63,511 nt of DNA, taken from contig JBIOEY010000001.1 in NCBI GenBank assembly GCA_044446505.1, positions 1 to 63,511 on the forward strand. The letters are read 5' to 3'. Positions 18,162 through 27,703 of the stretch are shown here, one piece after another (position 1 is the stretch's first letter; every line of letters starts with the position of its first letter). Source of the DNA: Solirubrobacterales bacterium. GTDB lineage: Bacteria; Actinomycetota; Thermoleophilia; Solirubrobacterales; Solirubrobacteraceae. The position numbers and the translations under genes are program-made. A model generated the notes under the pieces. The model was given only the letters and a program-made list of their open reading frames with translations. It did not search any database and had not been told where the DNA came from.

Positions 18162-18819
18162 GATCGTCAACACGATCGTGTTCATCGCATTCCGCGCGGG
18201 CGCGGTCGGCGGCGACTTCGACCACTACGTGCGAGGGGAGCCGGTCGATTTCTCCACGATGCCCTACGCCACCACCGACCAGACTCCGCACGAGCTCCAG
18301 TCGACCGACATCGTGGCCGAGATCCGCAAGCGCTTCCCAGACTTCGCTCCCGCCGCATACCTCAACGGGACCGAGCGGCCCGACACCTTCAAGTGGCTGC
18401 TCACAGGTCGCCTGGGCACGAAGGAGCGCCTCTACGGCTACGTCGGGCCGCGCTCGATGGAGCTCGCGCAGACCTTCCACCACCTCGCGACAGGGAGGTA
18501 TCTCGCCTACACGGGGCCGCAGACGCTGGGCCACGGCAGGGCGATGCTGCTGCTGTCCGCGCTCGACCCGCGTCTGCGGACGATCGCCCATCGCTGGCTG
18601 GCGGCGGGCGCGCGCAGACCCTCGCGTCTGCTGGAGCGCCTGCACTTCCAGTCGGTGATGATCATCCAGCCGGCCGACGTCTACGAGGACGGACGGCAGA
18701 ACATGTGCGACGGCTGCCCCGACATGACGGTGTGGAACGACCGCCTCGTCTGGTCGTGCAGACTGGAGGAGCCCGAGCGCTTCGGGGACTTCGTGCAGAT
18801 GGTGCCCAGGAGCGGCTGA
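18124..18819 (+). pseudogene. C-terminal part of a radical SAM-type protein
   Basis: Ends NMCDGCPDMTVWNDRLVWSCRLEE; starts mid-domain with no CxxxCxxC. Confidence 0.55.
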
Positions 18820-18959
18820 CCGCCACCACGATTGTGGCCGTTCGGAAGTTACCCTCGCGAAGGGATGAGCTCCGCACCGGCGTGCGAGCACTCCCGTCGA
18901 GGAGGGGCGACCGGCGGTTCGGGCCGCGCGCTGCGTCTCCTGGCGCCGACCACGGTGCC

Positions 18960-19597
18960 TGCCTTGGAGCTACTCGGGCGGGCGGGCTGCGGGATGGCGA
19001 TGGCCGGCTTCGAGAGCATCTCCGAAGAGAACCTCGCGAGCATGGGCAAGCGCACCAGCGTGGCGGTGGGCGAACAGGCGGTGCGCGCCTTCCACAAGCA
19101 CGCGGTCCGAGGGCCGTCTGATCGAGGCCGACTGGACGCTCTTCGACGGACACCACGCGGTGCTGCGCCCCGAGCGGATGACCCCGCTCGAGCTCCAGCT
19201 GAGTGCGCTCGACGCGAAGCGGCGCTTCTACTCCCGCTCAGCCATAGCGGGCCCCGCGGTGCGGGGCGTCCTGCGCCACCTGCCGGAGCTGCTGGGCATC
19301 CTCGCGCGCCACGCCGGGGGGCTGGTGAGCACTCTCGGCCGGGAGGCGCTGCGACCGCGGAATGGCGACGCGGCGAGGCCCGACGGGGGCATCTCCGACG
19401 CGGCGGCCTCCTCCGCGCCCGTGCTCAGCCGGGCTCTGACGACGGCGATGTCTTCGCTCACCCGCGATGAGCTCGCCCGGCTCGAGGAGGCGCTGGGGGT
19501 GGCCGCGTTGCGTCTCTACGGCCGCCGTCGGGTTGCCGAGTTCTCGGGTCAGGGCCACTCTCACAGCCACATGGCGCGTCTCGCCGCACTCTCGTGA
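18960..19597 (+). pseudogene. C-terminal fragments of a B12-binding (class B) radical SAM protein
   Basis: LLGRAGC...GFESISEENLASMGK, then in other frames WTLFDGHH and LRPERMTPLELQ...RRFYS. Confidence 0.6.
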
Positions 19598-19673
19598 GGG
19601 ACGGTCCCTCACGGTGGGACCATCGTCGAGCTTGCGGGCTCCAGAACAAGAAGCCCAGTGGCGTCCGCAGTGC

Positions 19674-19717
19674 GGAGAATCACCGACCGGCGAGGTGGAG
19701 AATCACTGACCGGCGAC
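19674..19717. mobile_element. solo IS21-like end (two 20-bp direct repeats)
   Basis: GGAGAATCACCGACCGGCGA and GGAGAATCACTGACCGGCGA, 23-bp period; no transposase nearby. Confidence 0.5.
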
Positions 19718-19797
19718 GGGGCTGTCTACCGATGCGCCGGCGCAGCGCAGGGGCGAGCCTGCTGTCGAGCATCGTCACCCGATCAGGGGGTTTTTGA

Positions 19798-20400
19798 ATG
19801 TCTGTGGTGGATGGGGCCAGCGGCGCGAGCGTCGTCCCCGCAGGCAGATGGTCAGTCGACGTCCCGCGCTCGAGCGTCGCGTTCGCCGTGAGGCACATGA
19901 TGCTGGCGACGGTGAATGGTCGCTTCCGCAAGTTCGATGGGATGCTGGAGATAGGGTCGGGCGCCCCGCGGGCGATGGGAGTGGTCAGGGCCGCCTCGAT
20001 CGACACGGACGAGCCCGTGCGCGACGAGCACCTGCGGCGCTCGCAGGACTTCTTCGACGTCGAGCGCTATCCGGAGATAGGTTTCAACTCGACCCGGATC
20101 GACTACCTCGACGGCGGGCGGTTCCGTATCGTGGGCGACCTGACAATGCGCGAGGTCACCCGCGAGATCGAGCTCGACGCGCAGATCAACGGGAGGAGAC
20201 GCGAGGCGGGCGGCGATGAGCGGATCGAGCTCGAGTTGCGCGGAGAGCTCAACCGCAGAGACTTCGGCCTCAGCTGGAATCAGGTGCTCGAGACAGGCAG
20301 GGCGCTCCTCGGCAACAAGGTCAAGATCGCGCTTGAGATCTCGGCGGTGAAGAGCGAAGCGGCGCGATCCATCGCCTGGCCACGTATGACCTCCCCATGA
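19798..20400 (+). CDS. YceI-family lipid/polyisoprenoid-binding protein
   Basis: WSVDVPRSSVAFAVRHMM, ASIDT, RDEHLR, FFDVERYP, GDLTMR, NRRDFGLSWN. Confidence 0.9.
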   Translation: MSVVDGASGASVVPAGRWSVDVPRSSVAFAVRHMMLATVNGRFRKFDGMLEIGSGAPRAMGVVRAASIDTDEPVRDEHLRRSQDFFDVERYPEIGFNSTRIDYLDGGRFRIVGDLTMREVTREIELDAQINGRRREAGGDERIELELRGELNRRDFGLSWNQVLETGRALLGNKVKIALEISAVKSEAARSIAWPRMTSP

Positions 20401-21229
20401 GGATGCGCGGACCGCAGGCGATCAGCTCCACCGCCCACGACACCGGATATGTCTGGGTCCGGAACGGGCTCTCCCACCCCGAGCTTGCCACGCGCGAGGG
20501 GCGGGCGCTGTTCGAGGCGCTGCGCCCGGTGATGACGCTGAGCGGCGTTCTGGCGGACCGACCCTCGAGTCCTACCTGCTCGCCCGCCACCGGGCCCTCG
20601 ACGCTCTGCTGCGGCGCGCGATCGAGGAGGCCGGGGTGACGCAGGTGATCGAGGTGGCGTGCGGTCTCTCGCCGCGCGGCTGGCGCGTCACCAGCCGTTA
20701 CGGTCCAATGCTCACCTACGTCGAGGCGGACCTGCCCGCGATGGCGGCTTGCAAGCGGCGCGCGCTGGCGCGCATGGGCTCGCTGGGCGAGCGCCACCGG
20801 GTCGTGGCCCTCGACGCGCTGCGCGAGGAGGGACTCGGCAGCCTGGCGGCGCTGGCCGGAACGCTCGATCCCGACGCAGGCCTCGCAATCATCACAGAGG
20901 GCCTGCTCGGCTACCTGGATCGAGAGACCGTGGAGAGCATGTGGAGTCGATTCGCGCGCCAGCTCGCCGGGTTCCGCGCGGGCCGGTACCTCTCGGACAT
21001 CCAGCTCGGCGGCGAGACGGGCGCGCACGTCCGCGCCTTCCGCGTCCTCCTGTCAGTGCTCGTGCGGGGCCGCGTCCACCTCCACTTCACAGATTCAGAG
21101 GATGCCGCGGTCGCACTCGAGCGGGTCGGGTTCTCGCAGGCCGCGGTCCGCCCGGCGGCGGAGCTCGCTCCGGCGAACGACCACCGGGCCCCGGGCGCCC
21201 GCCTCGCGCACATCCTGCAGGCCGGGTGA
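20397..21229 (+). pseudogene. leucine-carboxyl-methyltransferase-like SAM methyltransferase, frameshifted ~20552
   Basis: ISSTAHDTGYVW N-terminus; after the shift LLARHRALD, QVIEVACGLSPRG, YVEADLP, IITEGLLGYL. Confidence 0.75.
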
Positions 21230-21271
21230 GGTGCCGCGGAGTCGACGCGATGCCACGGTCGCTCAGCGAAC

Positions 21272-21315
21272 TGGAGTGCCCCCGCTTTTGACCTGCCCCC
21301 CGCTTTCGTGGATAC
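21272..21315 (+). mobile_element. two juxtaposed IS3-like terminal repeats (remnant)
   Basis: TGGAGTGCCCCCGCTTT followed by TGACCTGCCCCCCGCTTTCGTGGATAC; similar to 49067-49093. Confidence 0.5.
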
Positions 21316-21378
21316 TTTGATCTGGCGCCGGGCTGCTTGAACATTGAGCGCGAGCTGCCGGCCGCGACCTTGCGCTGT

Positions 21379-21794
21379 TCATGACGCCGCCTGCAGGCGC
21401 CCGGCCACGTGCTCTGCCTCCTCGATGAGGCCATTCACGTGCGCTGCCCCGAGCATCCGCTTGGCGCGCTCGACGCCGATCATCTCGAAGACTGAGGTGA
21501 AGCGCTCCTCGCCCTCCATCACGAATGCCACTCGCAGTAGATCCTCGTCGCGCAGCGCCTCGATGCAGAGGCTGAGCGCCGCGTCGTCGAGGTAGGCGAC
21601 GAACCGTCCCATGGCGATGTGCTCGCCGTTGGCGGCCATCGCGACGGACACCGAGACGACAGTGTCGGCTGTGATCGCACTCACCACCTCGACGGCGCGG
21701 CGCGGATCAAGCTCGGCGGCAAGCCGTGAGAGGAACTCGACCGTGAAGTGCTCGGAGATCTCGGCGGCGCGGCGCGGATCGAGCAGGCCAGTGA
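21379..21794 (-). pseudogene. 3' fragment of a helical-repeat hypothetical protein, truncated at the IS630 end
   Basis: Internal repeat LDPRRAAE/LDPRRAVE; coding-like sequence stops at the IS630 boundary. Confidence 0.5.
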
Positions 21795-22060
21795 TACTAA
21801 TCCGCAATCAAGTTGAGTGATGTGGTGATCCACTGATAGCTGGTGAGGGACTGGATTGTGGTGTGGTCAGCTTCCAGGGCACGCAGTTCCTCGGCGAGGT
21901 CGTCCTCGACTTCGTCCAAGCTGTCGTTGGCCTTGTTGGCGAAGCGCCGCTCGCGGATCAGGCCCCATAGTTGCTCGGTGGGGTTCAGTTCGGGGCTGTA
22001 GGGCGGCAGGGTGAGGATCCGCACGTTCTCCGGCAGCGATAGCTCGGTGGCGGTGTGCGA
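21795..22060 (-). mobile_element. IS630-family remnant (transposase C-terminus and right end)
   Basis: LPENVRILTLPPYSPELNPTEQLW motif; end abuts a TA dinucleotide at 21795-21796. Confidence 0.85.
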
Positions 22061-22117
22061 CCCGACGATCTGCTGCCAGTTCTCACGGAGATGCTCGACC
22101 TCGTGGAACAGGAGACC
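22061..22117 (+). pseudogene. internal fragment of a second abiEii copy
   Basis: Encodes PDDLLPVLTEMLDLVEQET like 12755-12811; both mismatches are synonymous in that frame. Confidence 0.9.
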
Positions 22118-23456
22118 CCGCGAGGTCGCCTAGCAGTTCCTCGAGCACGAGCTCCTCCTCGATACGCCGTCCAACACGGCGCATGGTCTCGCCGAGGCGC
22201 GGATCCCAGCTCGCGGGCGCTGGGGCGCCGACGAGCGGCTGAGGCGATGTCACGGTGTCGGCTGCGCGTAGATATGCCTCGGTGTCGAACCGCCACGGGA
22301 CGAGCGGCAGGCGGGCGTGCAGCACGTTGGCGATGCGCACACCGCCCCAGTCGAAGTCCCCGTGGTGGGTCAGCCGTGCCCCGGCTGCTGCGAGCGCGCG
22401 CAGCAGCAGCATGGTGGCGGCGCCCGGCTGACCGCTGGTGCACACAAGCGGCGGGCACTCCGCCCCGAGACGGTCGCCGGCGAGCGCCACGATGACGGGG
22501 TTCTCGCAGATGTGCACCGTCCGCTCCGAGAGGCTGCCGCTGGATGTCGTCCGCTCCGAGGGGACGCCCCTGGCTGTCATCCACCCCGGCGGATCGCGTA
22601 CGAGCTGACGCAGTGTCAGCCACACAGGCTGCCCGGTTTCCCGCGCGACCTGCAGGATCCGGCCCGATCCCGTCTCCTTATCGCCGGGCAGCCCGAGTGT
22701 GAGCACAACGCTGGAGAGCTCGTCGCACAGCAAGCCGGCGGCGGCCCACGCCTCGCGACGCGACTCCGCTGGCGACTCGTCGGGATCCGGATCCTGGAGA
22801 CCACCGAGCGCCCGGGCGGCTCCGAGGGCGAGCGTGGCGAGTGGCTCGCCGTCGTCGAGCGCGTGGGCGCCCCCCACGAGGCGCGCGGCGAAACTGCCCA
22901 GTGGCTCGCCGCCGGCGGGTAGCGCGGCGAGGACCGTGGCGAGATATTCGAGCAGCGTTCGAGCCTCCGCGGGGTCGGGCTCCAGGCGCTTGACCACACC
23001 CGAGCGACGCAGCCGCGCGAGCCAGCTCGCCAACTCCTCACATCTGTCGATCTTCGCCTGCACACGCCGGTCAACCAGATCCTCCAGCGGCGCAAACGCC
23101 CGCTCCCACGCAAGCCGCTCAGCCGCGCTCGCCTCGGCGTGCACGACCACCGGCCCTGTGAGTGCAACGACTGCGGCCGCGAGTCCGTCCGGGCTGGCGC
23201 GGGAGCGGCGCACCAATTCGTCCACCGCGCCCAGCGACACGCTGAGCGCCCGTCCCGCACGCGGTCGCCGGCCGAGCAGTCGCTGCACCGCCCGGCGTTG
23301 GGCGGCAGAGGCATCTGCGAGCGTGACAGTACCTTCGAGCGGCTGGTCGAGCTCGAGCCGCCGGCGCACCCGCGCGAGCAGCCACTCCAGCTCTGGGTCG
23401 CCGAGCAGCCGGCCGAGCCGCTCGACATCCGTGGAGCCGCTCAGGCTGACTCCCAC
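22083..23456 (-). CDS. jetD: Wadjet type II JetD (TIGR02679-like TOPRIM nuclease)
   Basis: GAHALDDG, VHICENP, LVCTSGQP, HHGDFDWGG (DxD), IEEE; last gene of the four-gene operon. Confidence 0.9.
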   Translation of the reverse strand: MGVSLSGSTDVERLGRLLGDPELEWLLARVRRRLELDQPLEGTVTLADASAAQRRAVQRLLGRRPRAGRALSVSLGAVDELVRRSRASPDGLAAAVVALTGPVVVHAEASAAERLAWERAFAPLEDLVDRRVQAKIDRCEELASWLARLRRSGVVKRLEPDPAEARTLLEYLATVLAALPAGGEPLGSFAARLVGGAHALDDGEPLATLALGAARALGGLQDPDPDESPAESRREAWAAAGLLCDELSSVVLTLGLPGDKETGSGRILQVARETGQPVWLTLRQLVRDPPGWMTARGVPSERTTSSGSLSERTVHICENPVIVALAGDRLGAECPPLVCTSGQPGAATMLLLRALAAAGARLTHHGDFDWGGVRIANVLHARLPLVPWRFDTEAYLRAADTVTSPQPLVGAPAPASWDPRLGETMRRVGRRIEEELVLEELLGDLAGSPVPRGRASP

Positions 23457-26400
23457 AGGCCACCTCCCTCCGGGGTCTGGTCCTCACCCGACCCGGCTGC
23501 CACCGACGCGAGGGCCGCCACGGGGCGCTCGACGCGCGTACGTGTCGCCCCGTCCCACTCCCAATGGCTGACGAGCACCGCGGGAACGTCGTCGACCCGC
23601 GTCAGTTGCGCGATGGCCAACCCGGGGACCTCGCGGTAACAGCCCCACTCGCGCTCGCTGGTCATGACGACGTCGAGATCGAACGCCGTGAGCAGGCCGA
23701 GGCACTTGGCGCGCGCGTCGTCGTCGACGCCGGCGAACGCCTCGTCGAGCATCATCAGGCGCGGCGCATGGGTATTGCCCGCCGAGGCGTAGTAGGAGGA
23801 CGCGGCGGCGAACAGTGGCACGCTCGCCGTCAGGACCCGCTCTCCACCCGAGGCCGGGCCGGTCGCGGTGCGCCAGCGGCCGCCCTGGTGGCGCTCGATC
23901 GCGAAACGGTGCCAGGCGCGATAGTCGAGCGCCTCGGTGAGGTGCTCGATCCAGGTTCCCGCCACGTCGCGCGAGCGCACCTCCTGGATCTGCGCCTGCA
24001 GGAACGCTCCGACCGCCGCGCGGTCCTCCTCCGACCACGCGTCCGCGGCCTGGCGCAGGAGGCGCTCGCGCGCCTCGGGGAGTCCCTGCGGGCCGTCCTC
24101 GACGACACGCCAGCGCAGCCGCAGCTGCATGCCGGTACTCGTCGGGCGCTCGGCCAGCTCGGTGTTGGTGGCGGCGACGTGATGCTCGGCGTCGGAGATC
24201 AGTTCCTGCAGTGTGCTGGCGACCTCGTTGACCAGGTGGTTCTCGAGGATCTCTCGCTCGCGCTCGTCGAGCAGCCGCCGGCGGTCTGCGACCTCCTCGG
24301 TGAGCGCGCTCACCAGCTCCGGCACCGTCGTCGCGCGACCACGGAAGACGACCTCGACGGTGATCCCTTCCTCTCGCATGGTCGCCGAGGCGTTGTTGCC
24401 GTGGCGGCGCAGCGCGTCTCCCAACGTGTTCAGCTCGTCTGTCACCCGCCGCTGAGCGCGCTGCCAGGTGGGCTCGTCCTCGGCGGCATCGACGAGCGCC
24501 TGCTCGATCTGGCGCGCGAGGCGCAGCGCGGCCGTCACCCCCCACTCCTCCTCGCCCTCGGGGAGCTCGACCTCGCCGAGGGCGACCGCGATCAGACCGG
24601 TACCCGCAAAGCGTCGCAGGGTGTCCACGTCGGCCCGGCGCCGCTCGGTCGCCTGCTCGAGCTCCACCGCGAGCCGCTGGCGCTGGCCGTCCTGATTGCC
24701 CTCCTCGCGCTGTGCCTGCGAGCGGCGGGCGTCGGCCTCGCGCCGCCCGTGCTCGTTCTCACGCAGAGCGCGTGCCACGTCCGCCAGCCGTCGCTGCAGC
24801 TCCGCGACGGCCGCGCCCACCGTCTGAGCGAGCGTCTCGTGACGCTCCTTGCGCTCGGCCGCCTCACGAGCGGCTGTCTTGAGGCGCTCGGCCTGGTCGG
24901 CGAGCTCTCGCACCGCGGTCTCGACATCCCTGCCGAGCACTGTGGCCGCATCCCGCGCACGATCGAGCGCAAGGCGGGCCGGCCACAGCGCTGCCAGCGC
25001 GACACGGAACGCCTGCAGGCCGGCGCGCATCGCGTCGAGCTCTGTGTCCTCGTACGGCAAGCCCAGCTCCTCGGCGCTCGCCCGCGCGGCACTCTCGGCT
25101 TGCGCCCGCTCCGACTCGGCCTGGGCCAGCCGCACCGCCGCGGCCGCGACGCGCTCGGTGAGCCGCGCCCGCTCGGTGTCCAGGCCGGCGAGGGTGTGGT
25201 AGGAGCCGCGCAGGGCCTCGTCGGTGGGCACGCTTCGCAGCTGCTCCTCCAGCTCCGCGCGGCGCTCGCCGAGACGCTCGCGGGCGTCCGCCAACTCCTG
25301 GAGCCGCCGCTGCGCCTGCTCACGGCGCTCGTGCATCTCGGCCAGCCGCGCGCGGCGCGCAACCTCGCGGGCGCCGCGACCGATGAACGCCGCCGCCGGC
25401 TTGCGCCAGGCGCCGCGCAGCACGCCGTTGCGAAACTCGCCTGCCGGCGTGACCCACACCGGGCCCTCATCCTGTGCCAGGGCGACCGCGGCGAGCACGC
25501 GGTGCACCGCCTCCGCTTGCACCCGACCCGCGCGCGGGTCGTCACGGTCGATCGCGGGCTCGAGCACGTCGTGCAGGCGCGCGCCGCCTGCTGGATCTTG
25601 CGCGTCGGGCGTGAGCAGCACGTCCTGGGTGCCGGGCGCTAGCAGCTCGCCGGCGGGGCTAACCCACGCGTCGAGGATCCCGGACGCCTCCAGGGCGGCC
25701 TCGATCCCGGCCCGCTGGGCCTCCGGCACGCCGGAGCGGAAGTCGACCAGCAGCCACAGCGGCGCTCCGGCGCGCTCCTCGCGGGCGGAGGGGTCGCGGG
25801 TGTGTGGGATGGGCGGCGTCTCGTGCTCGCCGGCCTGCAGCCGCTCAATCGAGGCGTCAAGCTCGCCGGCGAGCTGGCGGACCTCGCGCTCCTCCACATC
25901 GAGCTCGGCCTCCTGGTGTGCGAGCGCGGCGCTTGCGGCACGGCCCGCGGCGGCGAGTGCTGTGGCAAGTGGATTGGGGCCGTCGAAGGTCTCGACCCAC
26001 AGCTCGAGCGCCGCGAGCACCTCCGGAGGATCGGCGAGCGTCAGCGCGCTGGCCGCCTCCACGTACGCGCGGGCCGCGCGAACCAGCGCGCAGCCCGTCT
26101 CGGCCAGCAGCTTCGCCGCCTGCTCACGCTGCTCGGCGAGCGTCGCGGCCTCGCTCGCGAGCTCCTCGTGGCGCTCCCGCGCGACGATCAGCGCACGCCG
26201 GCGATCGGCGGCCACCGCGAGCAGCGCCCCCAGGTGGTCGATCGCGCGCCCCTGGCGATCGGCGAGCTCTTCGGCGCGACGGCGCAGCTCCACCACGTCT
26301 GTGCTCGGCTCAGGCGCAGCCGTGGCCGCGGGTGCGTCGTCGCCGGCCTCGGTCAAGCCGTCAGCCTCAGCCGCGCCCTTGGTCTCATCTGTAGCCATAG

Positions 26401-27703
26401 CCGTGTCGGTGGCGTCGATCGCATTCACGGCCTCGATCACGCGATCCACGCGCTCGGCGAACGAGTCGGCGATGCCCGCTGCCTGCGCCCGCTCGGCGGC
26501 CATGGTCCGGGCCTGCGCTAGCTCCTCGTCCGCCCCTGCTCTCCGGGCGTCCGCGTCGGCCAGTCGCCGCCGCTGCTGATCGAGCCGCTCGGCGCCACGG
26601 TCGTGGGCTGATTGGGCCTCCTCGGCATGCTCGGTGGCCCGGCGAGCCTCCTCGGCGGCGCGCTCTAGCTCGCGGGCGCTGCGGGCCTCGGGGCTTTCGC
26701 GCAGCGCTCGTTCCCGTGTGCGCAGGCGCTCCTCCTCGGAGCGCAGCTCGACCAGCGCCGCCTCAGCGCTTTGGAGCTCGGCCTGTGCCTTCTGGTGGGC
26801 GGCCTCGGCGTCGGCGAGCTCGCGGCTGACGCGGTCGAAGTGGGTCTGTGCCTGGCGTGGCGGCGCGGCGCGACGGCGGCAGGCGATCCGCGCGTAGTGG
26901 CGGTAGGTGTCGAGGTACCTGCCGGCGGCGTCACGCGCCTCGACCATCGCCGTGAGCGCGTCGCGGTCCTCCTCCAGCCCCCTGAAGGCCTCCGCGACGT
27001 CGGCGATCAGCGCCTGGTCGAGCGGCGCCAGCGCCCCGGTGAGCGCATCGGAGAGCGCGCGCTCGTTCGGGCGCTTGGAGAGCTGCGGCGCGCGAACCTT
27101 GATCAGCAGGTCGAGCAGCGCGCCGTAACGCTGCTCGCCGAGGCCGAACAGCGTCTCGTCGACCGCGCGCCGGTAGGTGCGGGCGGTGCGGTGCACCACG
27201 CCACGGGTGCCAAGGGCCTCCTCCAGCCGCTCGCGGGTCAGCGCGATGCGGGCTCCGTCGACGAGCGCGAGCTCCTCGCCGACGCGCTGGTCGGTGAGGA
27301 AGAACCAGTGCGAGGCGATGCCGCGGCCGCTGACCGCCTTCAGGCCGCATCCGAGTGTGCAGAACAGCGCGTTCCCGTCCGCGTCGCGGCGCCCGAGCTC
27401 CAGCCACGTGTATCCGAGCCGCTCGGGGTTGGGATGCTCGCCGCCGAGCAGCAGATTCCACTCCATGCGCTTCTTCGGGTCCGCGTCCGGCTCGACGCGG
27501 TGCGGGGAGAGCTCGCCGTCGAGCAGGAACGGGAGCGTGAGAGCGAGCACCTTGGACTTGCCGGTGCCGTTGTTGCCGCGCAGCAGCAGCCGGCCGTCGC
27601 GGAAGCGAAACTCCTCCTGGTCGTAGTAGAAGACATCCACCAGCCCCGCGCGCAGCGGCTGCCAGCGCTCACGCTCGGGCTGCGGGAGCGGACGGGCGCT
27701 CAC
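23441..27703 (-). CDS. jetC: Wadjet type II JetC (TIGR02680-like SMC ATPase)
   Basis: GNNGTGKS Walker A, long coiled coils with central hinge, LDYRAWH, ASGGE signature, LMMLDEAFAGVD Walker B. Confidence 0.93.
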   Translation of the reverse strand: MSARPLPQPERERWQPLRAGLVDVFYYDQEEFRFRDGRLLLRGNNGTGKSKVLALTLPFLLDGELSPHRVEPDADPKKRMEWNLLLGGEHPNPERLGYTWLELGRRDADGNALFCTLGCGLKAVSGRGIASHWFFLTDQRVGEELALVDGARIALTRERLEEALGTRGVVHRTARTYRRAVDETLFGLGEQRYGALLDLLIKVRAPQLSKRPNERALSDALTGALAPLDQALIADVAEAFRGLEEDRDALTAMVEARDAAGRYLDTYRHYARIACRRRAAPPRQAQTHFDRVSRELADAEAAHQKAQAELQSAEAALVELRSEEERLRTRERALRESPEARSARELERAAEEARRATEHAEEAQSAHDRGAERLDQQRRRLADADARRAGADEELAQARTMAAERAQAAGIADSFAERVDRVIEAVNAIDATDTAMATDETKGAAEADGLTEAGDDAPAATAAPEPSTDVVELRRRAEELADRQGRAIDHLGALLAVAADRRRALIVARERHEELASEAATLAEQREQAAKLLAETGCALVRAARAYVEAASALTLADPPEVLAALELWVETFDGPNPLATALAAAGRAASAALAHQEAELDVEEREVRQLAGELDASIERLQAGEHETPPIPHTRDPSAREERAGAPLWLLVDFRSGVPEAQRAGIEAALEASGILDAWVSPAGELLAPGTQDVLLTPDAQDPAGGARLHDVLEPAIDRDDPRAGRVQAEAVHRVLAAVALAQDEGPVWVTPAGEFRNGVLRGAWRKPAAAFIGRGAREVARRARLAEMHERREQAQRRLQELADARERLGERRAELEEQLRSVPTDEALRGSYHTLAGLDTERARLTERVAAAAVRLAQAESERAQAESAARASAEELGLPYEDTELDAMRAGLQAFRVALAALWPARLALDRARDAATVLGRDVETAVRELADQAERLKTAAREAAERKERHETLAQTVGAAVAELQRRLADVARALRENEHGRREADARRSQAQREEGNQDGQRQRLAVELEQATERRRADVDTLRRFAGTGLIAVALGEVELPEGEEEWGVTAALRLARQIEQALVDAAEDEPTWQRAQRRVTDELNTLGDALRRHGNNASATMREEGITVEVVFRGRATTVPELVSALTEEVADRRRLLDEREREILENHLVNEVASTLQELISDAEHHVAATNTELAERPTSTGMQLRLRWRVVEDGPQGLPEARERLLRQAADAWSEEDRAAVGAFLQAQIQEVRSRDVAGTWIEHLTEALDYRAWHRFAIERHQGGRWRTATGPASGGERVLTASVPLFAAASSYYASAGNTHAPRLMMLDEAFAGVDDDARAKCLGLLTAFDLDVVMTSEREWGCYREVPGLAIAQLTRVDDVPAVLVSHWEWDGATRTRVERPVAALASVAAGSGEDQTPEGGGLWESA

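Noticed and set aside
12755-22117. 57-bp direct repeats as att sites or target duplication of a 9.3-kb element
   Set aside because: The first copy is in-frame inside a continuous abiEii and the differences are synonymous; a paralogous gene remnant fits better
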